A stretch of DNA of 61,317 bases, the filler included, from Dugesia japonica (Eukaryota): assembly GCA_001938525.1 (NCBI GenBank). It is 6 parts of 6 records of this genome, joined end to end, with 100 filler letters (N's around TTAATTAATTAA, not from the genome) between each part and the next. Parts side by side here need not be neighbours in the genome. Positions count along the whole stretch, not along the records: positions 11,148 to 19,973 come from MQRL01330132.1; positions 20,074 to 28,698 come from MQRL01563216.1; 4 more parts are not named here. One strand, given 5' to 3'. Positions 13,256 to 25,839 of the stretch are shown here, in pieces. The notes beneath the pieces were generated by a model, which saw only the letters and a program-made list of their open reading frames with translations, searched no databases and was not told the origin of the DNA. The first letter of the stretch is position 1; every line of letters begins with the position of its first letter. Made by a program: the position numbers and the translations under genes.

Positions 13256-15124
13256 GTTAAAGTTGGTTTGTCGAAAACTATGTTCTGATTAAAACTTAAT
13301 GTTCAAAATAATATATGTCAATTAAATTTTATTGGTCAACAAATTTACCCGTCGGTTAAGAGTTCAGTCACAACATCTTGAGAGTGGCNAATATCGCGTA
13401 CATCTTGTCAACTGATAGAACTGTTGCAACTCCAGCTCCTTCTCTTTCAGCTGAGTCCGACAGATGTCCGACTTTGTATTTATACTCTTTGACTTTAACA
13501 ATTTGGACCTGAGCTCGCAATAATCTTCATTTCATTTCTCCAGGATGCTCAGCACGTCGTTCCTCAACATCGTTTTCTCGTTTTTCGTTGCACTAAAATA
13601 GTTGATGATCAACACTTAATAACTTTCATCGTGATATAACATTTAATTTAACAACATTTTTCTATCTCAAATCAATATCATAATTGATATGGTTAATTGA
13701 ATAATATTTAATTTACTTTTACAGTTTTTACACCATCACTCCATTAATCAACTTAATGAGAATTGACAAGCTTTTAAATTACGATTTTCATCTGTCTCAC
13801 AAAATTTCAAAAGAAAATTATGTTTGACATACTTTTTAATACGAATATAATTGAGTAAAGATAAAAATTCGAACAACACCAGATCTTTATTTAATTACGA
13901 ATTACACTTTCATGATATTTGGATCCTTCTTTTCTGCCGATTCTCTAGTTTCACTCATCAACTATTCCAACAATCGTTCCTCGACGCGTTCCATCAACTC
14001 TCCTTAGTTTTTATTTTGTTTTGTTACCGCCGCTACGTCATCGAACATCAAGTGCATCTTCTTGCGAACATTTGCGATTTTCATCTCACTCTGTTGAATC
14101 ATATCTCGAGAATCCGCTAATTGTTGCCTCTTAGAAATCATTATGATGACGCATCACAACTGCTTTCTCCTTCTCATATAATGCGTTCTTTTCCTCAATC
14201 AATTCTACCGTGCAACACCAAAGTATCCCATAACACCGGTCACCATCATTACTCTTCTCGGAAATAATCTTTAATTTGTGAATAAAATTATCACAGTATA
14301 ATAAAATGATTCAATTTAATAATATAAGGCATAGCATCGTTTCTATAGCTGCTTTGTCCGCACTCGTGGAATAAGAACGGCAGAAAACATTGCTGTGTTT
14401 TCCGCTTGAGCACCTAAGGAATTCTGTTAAATTTTCTTATATCAAAACTTCAAGAATTATTATTAAAGAAAATTTTATAATTATTTATTAAACTCGCTAG
14501 TCATTTATTCAACATTAAATTGTACTTAATTGAACCAACGCAATCTATTTTAATTTTAATCAGCGTATTTTTTAATTCAAAGGTATTTAGTTAAAGAGAA
14601 TTCAATTAATATTTAACAGAATACCTATTTAAAAACTAATCAAATTCTATTTAATGGATAAATCAATATATAATAAAAATAACATTCACTAAAGTTAAAC
14701 AATTTATTTCGTTTATTAGAATCAATAATCATACGTGACAGAAACTAAAACAAAAAATTAAAAATAAAATAAGCATAAGACTTATAATCGAATTGCTTGG
14801 ATGAATTACTGATGGCTGAGCTCTTTAAATTTTCTATTCACTCTATACGAATCCCAAAAATTGGCATCAGAAATCTCTTCAGAAAAAGAGATGGAAATTC
14901 ATGCGACATTTATTACAAATAAGTAGAAGGATAGGAGCTCACAACACCAAATGCTTTTTTATTTTTTGTTTAAATGAAATGAAATTATTTTTTTTGCTTA
15001 AATGAAGTAAAGTTATTGATTTTTGTTTAAATTAATCGAAATTAATGATTATTTGTTTAAATTTAATGAAATTAATAATTTTTGAGTTTCTTCATGGAAA
15101 AGTTATTGAAAAAGCTTGTTATTG

Positions 15125-15580
15125 TCCATAGTCTCTTATCGTCATTGTTGGTTAATGCTATTTTTGATCTCTTAAAACTAAACAATTGGTGGTTTATTGT
15201 ACCTACCCTAAATTATTCTACTGAGACCGATTAATTGTTATTGTAACAATCTAGATACNANTGGTGTGTTAAGTCGGTATCTTTAAATGTTACCCCCTTA
15301 GCCTTCATGCTGGTCTTTTAGCTAAGGAGACTATAAAATTTTGGTCTCAGAAAAACCCATTCCTTGTATCTTTTACCCTGATTTTCGTCTTTGAATTTCC
15401 CTACTACTGGATTTAGCTTGTCATTATAAAGCGGATGTTCTACATTATAATTTAAAGTGTCCAAAAACTCATTCTGAACCATCAGTTTTAACAATTATTC
15501 CAATCTAATACCTTTCACTTCCAGGAAAAAGCTGTCGGTATCTCCTGCCCCAATATTTATAATATATTCGGAAATTGAAT
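15125..15580 (-). pseudogene. Polinton protein-primed family B DNA polymerase, C-terminal fragment
   Basis: GDTDSFF...DTLNY...HPLY...VVGKFKDE...EWVFLRPKFYSL...KAKG...KIALTNNDDKR, with internal stops. Confidence 0.88.
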
Positions 15581-15649
15581 TCAATTCCACCTTGTAAAGA
15601 AGGACGATCAAAAATGAATAGTTTAGTTTTTCCACAAATCATCTTTCAA

Positions 15650-16015
15650 ATATAGTTCCATAGACTTTCATTCGTTAGTTTTAACCTGATATGATTGATT
15701 TTGTACGTTTAATACCAGCGCCTTTATGATTTCTATCATTTTTTGGACTCATTTTTGAAAGTTCGCCAGAATCTACAATATTGTTAAATTCAGTCATTGC
15801 ATTTGCATTAAATGAAGGCAAAAGTTTTGATTTATTTGATATCACATCCTGAGCTGTTTTCATAACAATAGCTTCAATACGTCTAAGAATAAGCAAAGCA
15901 AATCGATCAATTGTTTGCTACCATCTGGAGCCATACTAATTTCATACATAGTATGGTAATTCTCCTTCGGCTTGACTAGTACTATACAATCAGATAATAT
16001 CCGGATTAGACATTT
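15650..16015 (-). pseudogene. Polinton small GSG/GG-motif core-like protein
   Basis: YTSQAEGELPY...YGSRW..TI.RFA..ILRRI...KTAQDV...KGAGIKR. Homologous to 37870-38234. Confidence 0.6.
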
Positions 16016-16021
16016 TCTTTT

Positions 16022-17040
16022 TCAAAAATGTAGTTTATTATGAGTTTTTGAGTCTTTAGCAAAATTGATTAAATTTCCGTTATCATCTCGTATATTGATT
16101 TCAATATTGTTTATACACAATGTGGATATTGGTAAATAAATTAGATTTTCAACAATTTTTTGGACCACTTGATCATCTTCATACTTATCCAACCATATTG
16201 ATTTCAACAGAGGAACACTAGCATCAACGACAATAACCGGTTCAACAAAGCTACTATGGATGAACATTTGTTGATGATAGTTCAACAATTTCGGTTTCTT
16301 AGGTGCCGTGAATACAACAGCTCCTTGACTATCAATTATATCACCCCGGAAATACTTGTGTTTGACTAATCTAAGTGTTTTTGTTAGAATGCATTGAAGT
16401 TTTACACTTTACATTATCTAACATCGAAAATCTGAATGGTTCATCTTTTATTAGATACAGAGTTTCAAATATATGAAAACAATTTTCTACAAAATTTTTA
16501 TTCAACTGCTCTATTCCCATTATGTACAAATCATCTTTAAACTGAATGACATTGACAGTTTCTATTGAAGAAAATAATTTTATTTTTATGGTTTCTATCT
16601 AACCATTGTTTTTAAACGTTTGAAAGTAAGTAAACGTTTTTGCAATTTCAATGTCGTTATTTAAATTTTCAAATCTAAATCAAGGTTTTCAAATTTCAAT
16701 TCATATTCATGATGTAATAATTTGATGTGTGAGTTTTCTTTTTCATATATTTGAATAACATCGTCATCACTGATACTCAATCTTTTTTCCTTATTATTAA
16801 TTGTAACAAGCATTTCGTTCCATTCGTTTTTTCTTGTTACGTATTCAATATTGGATTTACTATAAAATGGAAAAGCTGAATATACAAAAGTTAAATCCAT
16901 CAAGGCCACTTCCCATTGACCGTCATATAAATTGGATTTTGAAGTTCGACAATGAAATTACCAGCAATATTATCCGGATGAATAAGTAGACAACTATTAG
17001 TCGGTAATAGTGTATAGAAATTATTCGTTTTGCTCATATT
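16022..17040 (-). pseudogene. Polinton minor capsid (penton-like) protein
   Basis: N-terminal FYTLLPTNSC...PDNIAGNFIVELQNPI...WEVAL and C-terminal MFIHSSFVEPVIV.D..VPLLK...YLPI...I.NIEINIRDDNG.LINF...LHF. Confidence 0.8.
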
Positions 17041-17129
17041 TTCTTCTTTGTTGAATTTACTATTTGAGATGCTGATATCCAAGTAGGCTTTTCGTATACA
17101 TGCCATTTTACATTTAATTGTTTATTATC

Positions 17130-18070
17130 TCCTGTTCCCTATGATTTTATAATCCTTTTTCTTCTGAATACGTTTGTTTTGGGAATTACTAGTAATGCTT
17201 GTTCATAGAATTTTCTTTGAATGATATCAATTTCATAGTCTTTATTCACATACATGATTGGATTCTGCTTGGTAATGATTTTCGATATTTGAAAGACTTC
17301 ATCACTCCATTTACTATCAAAATTCCTGCTGATATCTTTGAGATTCTAATATCGTCACAAACTTTATATTTTAGTTTTTTAATTACTTTTGGCTTTTGTT
17401 TCAATAACCATAATTTCATTGAATTTTCAGATGATACATTTACATGTCTTGCTCCATTTATGACTTGTATGATTATAATTATGAAATATTTTCGGTAATG
17501 CATGTATCCATGTTTTATTTCCAGTATGTACAAAATAACCTTTCAATGCATCTCTCAATGTTCAATTAATTCTTTCAACATTTGCTGCTTTGTATTGCAA
17601 ATATACTGAATAGTGATTAATCTTGAGATTTGAAATGATATTCTTGACTTTAGAATTGTAAAATTTCTTTCCCAAGTCAGTTTGTAAATTATCACGATGT
17701 ACATCGTCAAACATTAACTTAATTGCATTTTCCATTTCATTTAAAGATTTTGAATTGACTGGAACAGCTCTCGCAAATCTGCTAAACACGTCGATACATT
17801 TTTAAATGTACTTCTAACCTTTATTAATATTTGAATAAGGTATCATTTTCATCAAATCCATTTGCCATAAATCGTCAATACCAAATGTTTTATACGCTCT
17901 TGCTGGAAATCTTTTCCACATTGGTTTGTTTAGACTATTTANGCTAGTTGACCTTTCTTTTTCTTTTGCGTCTTGTCTTTCGAATTTTGTGTTGCTTTCC
18001 ATAGTTATTTTACTCCTTTAAATCCTGCTGGATTTTCCGAATCTGTCCAAATAATCTCAGTTTTGTCCAT
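17130..18070 (-). pseudogene. Polinton retroviral-type (rve) integrase
   Basis: IDDLWQMDL, CIDVFSRFARAVP, LQTDLGKKFYN and KAANVERIN carry the DDE residues. Contains stops. Confidence 0.9.
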
Positions 18071-18397
18071 TACAACAATTTTATGCAAATCTTACATTAA
18101 TTTTAGGTAATGATTCTAAGTTTACCATTGTTTATATAAAATTTGATATATATTGTTTATTCAAAATTTGTTAGACTTAATGCAGCGATAAAGCCACCAT
18201 GTTGTTTGTATAATGTTTTCTTCATTAATTTCTTATTCTTAGTATGTACAAGTGAAAGCAATGACTTTTTGGGTTTTTCCAATGCTTGTTTTCTAACTTT
18301 GCTTATGACTCATACAAGATTACTCATATAATTTAAAAATTTCTTTTAAAATTAAAGAAATATATAACCAAAATGATCATAAATCAAATTGATAAAT

Positions 18398-18764
18398 ATG
18401 AGTTACACTATTCAATACAAAGATATGGATACAGATTTTAGTGATGATGATGGATTTTCAAAACATGATGAATGCGGTATATATGCAATACCTAAAAAAG
18501 ATAAATATCATGTTCATGAAATCGTTTGAGTAAAAGGTTAGTTTATTTATTAACTTTAATTAANTAACTAATTTGTTTCTAGATATTAATAAAGATAATT
18601 TGGAAGAAAAATTTTATAATTCAAGTGGCGATTCAGTATATTGGGCTCCTGAAATATTGGTATCGTAAAAAATGTACTTTGATGAACCAATCAGTTGCTC
18701 ATATTCTTGCACATGTTGTCAACTAACAAAACTTAGAAAGATTGTAAAACAATTTATTAAATAA
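18398..18764 (+). pseudogene. Two-exon accessory gene inside the Polinton, unknown function, Cys-rich C-terminus
   Basis: ATG at 18398. A 46-nt GTTAG..CTAAT..CTAG intron (18537-18582) whose removal preserves the frame. Stop at 18762-18764 overlaps AATAAA. Two premature stops. Confidence 0.55.
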
Positions 18765-19902
18765 ATCTTGTTTTCATTGTTTCTGTACTATTAATTGTTT
18801 TATATAAAATAATAAGACAACAGTAATAAAATAAATCAATAATATTTAATAGACATGTTCAAATGAAAATATTTATTAACATTACAAATCTATTATATAT
18901 TTTTAATACTTTTAACTTTCCATATCAGAGCCACTTGTTTTCCAATCTCTTATATCCGAGTATTTCAGCTGTATTCATTAGTTTACTTGAATTTTCATAG
19001 GTGATCTCTTCCTTCAAGCTGAAGAATGATGTATCTGTTATTTCTAATAATTGGTTGATTCTCGAAAACAATTCATTCAGCGTTGATTGATTATCCAAGC
19101 TTCTGTCATGAGCATATTATAGGTACATTTCTGAACTTTAACAGCTTTCTGAATCAAAATATTAATAAAAATAATCAAAATAATATATAAATTTTGCTTA
19201 ATTTGAACAAACGTAAGCTTTTTCAATAACTTTTCCATGAAAAAACACAAAAATAATTAATTTCATTAAATTTAAACAAATAATCATTAGTTTCGATTAA
19301 TTTAAGCAAAATAATTAATTTTCCTTTATTTAAACAAAAAAAATCAATAACTTTACTTCATTTAAACAAAATAAATAATTTTACCTCATTTAAACCAAAA
19401 ATAAAAAAGAATGTGGTGTAGAGCGGACTTATCCTTCTACTCAAATAAATATGTTCTTTTCATCGATTTAGCAAGAAATCTAATCTAATAAAATTATCTA
19501 ATTAAATTAATAAATAACTACAATAATTTTGGCTTAGTAATACACTAAATAATGAATTAAAAAGATGTTTTACATAAACAAATTATTAAATTATTTATAT
19601 CAATCGTTACAGAAATATCAAATTTAATGAATATTAATAACACTTATCGGAAAAATTCAGACTATCGATTCCCAATAAATTCTGAATATTAATTTTACAA
19701 AAACAAGCATCTCTATCTTATTCAAAATTATTCATATACCACACTATTTAAACCACTCTTTGAAAAAAACAGGTATTAATAAGACTATCTTATAAATTTC
19801 CTTAAAAACTACCTTTACAAATAGCAGGGGTGGCCAAACCAAATGACCAAATAATGAATTATTATTATAGTGTTTACTATTATTCTTACATGTAAACATA
19901 GA

Positions 19903-19907
<5 letters not shown>

Positions 19908-19973
<66 letters not shown>
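19908..19973. repeat. (AAT)n microsatellite
   Basis: Seen directly in the sequence. Confidence 0.95.
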
Positions 19974-20828
19974 NNNNNNNNNNNNNNNNNNNNNNNNNNN
20001 NNNNNNNNNNNNNNNNNTTAATTAATTAANNNNNNNNNNNNNNNNNNNNNNNNNNNNNNNNNNNNNNNNNNNNAAAATCATTATAATTATTATTATCGTT
20101 ATTATTATTAGGTAATAATTATTATTATAATTATTATGGCGTACTTTAGGAAATAACAAAAAATGGAGATAGTATTGAATTTGAAGTTAACATTTTAAAA
20201 TACCAAATGCTNNNNNNNNNNNNNNNNNNNNNNNNNNNNNNNNNNNNNNNNNNNNNNNNNNNNNNNNNNNNNNNNNNNNNNNNNNNNNNNNNNNNNNNNN
20301 NNNNNNNNNNNNNNNNNNNNNNNNNNNNNNNNNNNNNNNNNNNNNNNNNNNNNNNNNNNNNNNNNNNNNNNNNNNNNNNNNNNNNNNNNNNNNNNNNNNN
20401 NNNNNNNNNNNNNNNNNNNNNNNNNNNNNNNNNNNNNNNNNNNNNNNNNNNNNNNNNNNNNNNNNNNNNNNNNNNNNNNNNNNNNNNNNNNNNNNNNNNN
20501 NNNNNNNNNNNNNNNNNNNNNNNNNNNNNNNNNNNNNNNNNNNNNNNNNNNNNNNNNNNNNNNNNNNNNNNNNNNNNNNNNNNNNNNNNNNNNTATTAAA
20601 CTATTATTTGATAATTTGATATTATTATATAGTAATAATGAAATTAACAAACAACAACAAGTATGAATTTGTTGGAAATCAAAGGAATATTATACGTTAG
20701 TGAAATGAAGAAATAATTTATTACATTCATTTTACGAAACAACTTTTTAACAGTCAAACAAGTAATATGATTATATAGAAATATATTTTTAGAACTTGCA
20801 AAATAATTTAAAATTTAAGTGAGTTTAC

Positions 20829-21368
20829 CTTTATTTCCAACTAATGCCATATATGGCATTTTCTTATTTTCAATCTCAAATATTTTCTTGACAGTATCTA
20901 GCCAATCAACAATGTTTTCAAAACTATTGTTGTTCGTTATATCATAAACAAATAAAATGCCCTGAACAAATAAAGTGTAATTATTAAATATTTCCTTAAT
21001 TTCATACATCTGCGTTATAAATGTAGCCATTAAGTAATGGACCACCAAGTGTTTGACCTCCAATATCCCATAAGTTAACTTTAACACTCAAACCTTATAT
21101 TAGGTGTTATAAATTTCAAATACATTTTAAAACAATAATTAACCTGGCAAATTTATTATATTGCTAAAAAAATCGATGCCAATGGTCTGCCTATAGTCTT
21201 TATTAAAACATGAATTAACAAAACGATTGACAATCGAAGTCTTAATATTAATTCCTTTATTAAATAAATAGAAAATAACCTCAGTATACTAACTTTTCCA
21301 GCTGAACCATCACCAACCACAACTAATTTTATACATTTTTCTTCGAATTCATCTTCAGAATCACCCAT
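20829..21368 (-). CDS. RAB28: Ras-related protein Rab-28, first four exons (21368-21294, 21240-21144, 21093-21008, 20961-20829); 3' exons probably in the gap at 20212-20593
   Basis: MGDSEDE N-terminus, GDGSAGKT P-loop, QTIGIDFF, Rab28-type WDIGGQTLGG, YDITN and LVGNK. GT-AG introns of about 50 nt. Confidence 0.88.
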
Positions 21369-21796
21369 ATTTTAAAATTATTTGAAACTTGAAAAACACA
21401 ATTTCGAATACTAATATTTTTATAACTTTAAATTTTAATTAAAATTTAATATTCTTAAAATTTTATTTAGTAACAAAAATTAGTTTTTTGAAAATAATTT
21501 TTGCAAATAATTCAAGGTTGCTAATAAACTATTCAGAAAATTATTTTAAGTGAATTAAACAAATTATATTGTTTGATTAATAAATTTGTAGAATAAAAAT
21601 TACACACAATTTAAATTAAAATTTATTGTAAAACAATAATAAAGCTTTTGAATTTCAATAACCTTATATTTTCAAAGCCATTCGAAAAAAACTTTTTTTT
21701 ATCATAAACATGCATTATCGAAAGATTGGGAAAGTAATTACTATCTATCGTACACAGATATTCGACATCATATCAATATTTGAAATAAGGGATAAA

Positions 21797-23204
21797 TTAA
21801 GCTTCAGCCGTTATTTCATTTGCAGCTGGTGCTTCGTTCGCATTATGTGTATCATTGTCCATGACAACTTCTCCACCTTGTTCTCCCATCTGAACTTTAA
21901 ACCGAGGCTCAATTTTTGTAAAGTATTCTGAGTACAGAGGTCCATCAAATACTGTAGATCTGTCTCTAAAACTTCTTGGATCTTTGACTCTTTCATATTG
22001 GCTATACATTACTACTTTTGGCTAGAAAAATTTTTTAAATATAAATAGATAAATCTGCATCTTACTGGAGCTCTTGACATCTTAGAGGGCAATGCATCTC
22101 TAAATTTATTAAAATTAATTGTTTTTATATATTAATAATAAAATAATTAAAATAAATATTTTGAAGAAATGATTTACGTTTGAGCCACATTAACCTTTTG
22201 CCCTTTACCACTAAATAAAATTAAAATAATAACATTTATATTGACATTAATAATAGAACCCTTTGTTCATTTGACGAGCTCTCTCAGCCAATTCCATCAA
22301 CTAAAAAAATCAAATAAAATATAAATGAATTTTTAAAAATATTTACGTCAAGAGTTTGTCTTTGGAATTGTTGTTCCAGATCATATTTTTCACTTTCTAA
22401 TTTATAAATATTTTGATGAAGTTCTTTGGCTTTTTCTTTAAGCTTTTGTAAATCAAATCCATCTATAACTAATGCTTGAATTCTTTGTTCAAGAATAGCT
22501 TTCCTTTCGGCTTCTAATTGTTCTTTCGATTTTGCAACTTCTTCTTTTGTTGGTTCATCTTTTTCCAACTACAAATATGGATAAATTATCAATTATATTA
22601 GTTAACATACTTCATTGCTAGCACGTTTATTAATAATAAAATTTGGTCTTTTGGAGGTTTTTGATCGTTCTTCAGCTTCTTTATTTTTCAATTCCCTCTC
22701 TTCACGTCTTTTTTGTTCTTCTTCTCTTTTGCGACGTTGTCTTTCTTCCTATTTTAAGTAATTAATAAAACAATCACTTAATGAAAATATACATCTTCAG
22801 CTCGACGTTTTTGTTCTTCAACAACTCTTAATTCTGCTAATCTTTGTTCTTCAGCAGCTCGTTCCTTTTTTCGTTGTTCCTAATTAGAATAAGAGAAAAT
22901 TTAAAAAAAATATAAAAGCTTACTCGTCTTTCACGTAATTGACGAATTTCTTCGGCTTCCTTCTCTTTTTCAGACTTTCTCATTTCTTCATATTCCTTCC
23001 ATTCTTCCTCCGCTTTTTCCTTTCTTCTTTTTGCATCAGCCTTAAACATATTTTAATTTAAACAATAATTTACAGTTCATTACTTCCATTTTTATTTGAG
23101 CTTCTGATTTTCCTCCTTCATCACTGATGCTTTCTCTTTATGACATGATAGAAATAAATAGAAATAAACTTATACAATATTTACCTTCTTTCGTCGTCTG
23201 ACAT
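21797..23204 (-). CDS. TnT: Troponin T (invertebrate type), about 10 short exons
   Basis: MSDDE start, E/K/R-rich coiled coil, RPNFII.KR, KSKEQLEAERKAILEQRI, KAKELH..I..LESEKYDLE, ELAERARQMNK and PKVVMYSQYERVKD.R.F. GT-AG introns are traceable throughout. Confidence 0.92.
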
Positions 23205-23697
23205 TTTAAAAATTTAATCTAAAGTTTTCCAAAAATATTGAAAGTCGACTGAAAAACGGAAAACAGAGAGAGTCTATAATTATTGGAAAAATTCTGTAAA
23301 TAAAATTTGGTATTCTACAACGATATTTATTGATTAAATTTGCTTCGTTGATGCATGGAGTTGAATTAGCACAGAAAAACACACCATATTATAGCAGATG
23401 TAAAGCAGAGTGCACAGAACTATATTTTCCCGATTAAAGCATTACACACAAATGTGTTTTGCTAAGGTGAGTTAAAGTACACAGTGAATGTAAGTTGAAT
23501 ACCAGTGACTAACGGGACGTGTAAATTTAAATCAGGGAAAAAGTATGTGTATACATCATAGAAATGTAGATAGAGAAACCGAATTACGATTTATTACATA
23601 ATTAAATATTTAGTAAATTAATGAAATTTTCCTAAAAAAAATTAAAGAACTCACGCAGCTTAATTTGAATTTTATTTATTGTTGAGAATTTACTAAT

Positions 23698-23766
<69 letters not shown>
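23698..23766. repeat. (AAT)n microsatellite
   Basis: Seen directly in the sequence. Confidence 0.95.
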
Positions 23767-25044
23767 NNNNNNNNNNNNNNNNNNNNNNNNNNNNNNNNNN
23801 NNNNNNNNNNNNNNNNNNNNNNNNNNNNNNNNNNNNNNNNNNNNNNNNNNNNNNNGATATATATTTATGTTGATATTTTCACCTTTATGTTTTTTTACGA
23901 TATTAAAGTTTCAGATTACAGTATATAGTGTAGTAACTTAAAATAACAAGAACATCTCAAGTTATTTTAATTAATTTTTTAAATTGTAATTATTTATATC
24001 AGTTTTTTTAAAACATTTAAAACTTGAAATTAATTTTGGAGCTGTTATTTTTTATAAATTTTGTATTATCCTAAGTTAAAATATATTTCTTTACTAATGA
24101 TTTTTGAATAATTCTGTTTTCTTACAATAAATATTAATACTGTATTAATATTGAATTATCTTTGGAAATAACAAAATTGACACAAAAATGTGATTTTAAT
24201 CAGGTGGGTTTAAATTCTTAAAATCAAAATTAATTTAATTTAAGTAAATCTATTTAATAAATATTTAGAGATATATTTAAAATAATTAAAAACCTCAAAT
24301 ATTCTTCTTTTTCATTGTTGAATTCTAGTATATATTGTTAATAAAGCTAATATAATTGGGGTTTTAAATTGNNNNNNNNNNNNNNNNNNNNNNNNNNNNN
24401 NNNNNNNNNNNNNNNNNNNNNNNNNNNNNNNNNNNNNNNNNNNNNNNNNNNNNNNNNNNNNNNNNNNNNNNNNNNNNNAATTAAAATATTTAAACTATGT
24501 TAAAAAATGTTTATTTATAAAAAGTTTATAGATTTTGAAATGAATTTAATAATAAATAAAATATAATTAAATAAATCTCGCCATCTAAAAATAACTTACT
24601 AGTGGCTGATTTTTGACAAGGAAAAACTGCTAGATCGATCACTTCAAATTGAGAATCCAGTAAATTTCAGACGGGGTTTTCTGATTAAATCAAATCTGCT
24701 CGTGATTGCCTTGCAATTACCATTGACAGTTATGAGATTTTCCTACACCAAAAGCTCTGTAACACACCGACATTTAGAAAATCTCTTACTTATAATTCGG
24801 ATACATTTGTCAGCTCGACATCTTGTAAGATAGAACTAGTATATTTAAACCAAGAAAAATCCCGAAACAACAGATTTACTAAATCACAAATTTTTGAAGA
24901 AAAGCTTATCAAACTCACGAGAAACCTGAAAAATCAACCAGAATCAAGTTTCCGTGTTCAATCCCATAGTCACCAATCAAGTATGTTAGTTATATATTTA
25001 TAATTGTAATGAATTAATAGTGTTTTAAACATAAAAGCCTTCGG

Positions 25045-25047
<3 letters not shown>

Positions 25048-25080
<33 letters not shown>

Positions 25081-25210
25081 NNNNNNNNNNNNNNNNNNNN
25101 NNNNNNNNNNNNNNNNNNNNNNNNNNNNNNNNNNNNNNNNNNNTTATTGTTATTATTATTATTGTTATTATTATTATTGTTATTATTATTATTGTTATTA
25201 TTATTATTTT
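25048..25210. repeat. (TTA)n/(TTG) microsatellite spanning a gap
   Basis: Seen directly. Explains the poly-Leu ORF at 25147. Confidence 0.9.
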
Positions 25211-25839
25211 TATTATTTTTAGTAGTTTATCTGATTGCTGTTAAAATTTTATTAATTCGGAATTCGAAAAAGAAAATAAAAGTGAACGTACAGAATAGAT
25301 TTCGGTATCAGAATAAAAATAATAAAAGTGAACTAAAGAATTTGGAGTCGAGTTGATTTTGATTTTTAATCTCCAACAGAATCCGATCAATTGAGTTTTC
25401 ATCCTTTGGGTTATAAAAAATTGATTGTTACCTATTTTGGATTTTTAATTGTTATTTGTATTTTGTATATTTATTAAATAAAACCAAATATATTTATTGG
25501 ATATTTAATCGATTACGAGATTTCGAAGTTAGAGTAATCAATAAAAAACCCAAACATATATTTTGTTGAGTCTAATGAACAGAACATCAATTGAAGTAAT
25601 TGCCGCACAATTCAATATCTAATTGCCATTGAATAAAGTTACAAAATTGAAATAGTAAAGTGAAAATTTATTATTTTATATTTTATTTCAATGAGAAAAT
25701 TATTTGAAAAATTTCGTGAATTATCTTTAAATAAAAATAATCCAAATTGTTAAAATAAAATTTGAGAAACTGAAAAGCTGAACATAGAATATCTAGTTAG
25801 ATTAGCCGATTTTATGAGTGATTATTATATGTATGAAAC

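Larger units (their letters stand above)
14922..19441 (-). mobile_element. Internally deleted Polinton/Maverick with both TIRs and a 6-bp TSD
   Basis: About 200-bp TIRs starting AGTAGAAGGATA (14922-15118 and 19215-19441). Perfect TSD CAAATA (14916-14921, 19442-19447). Contains pPolB, minor capsid and integrase remnants. Confidence 0.93.

Noticed and set aside
25147-25356. Poly-Leu signal-peptide-like ORF
   Set aside because: Translation of a (TTA/TTG)n microsatellite.
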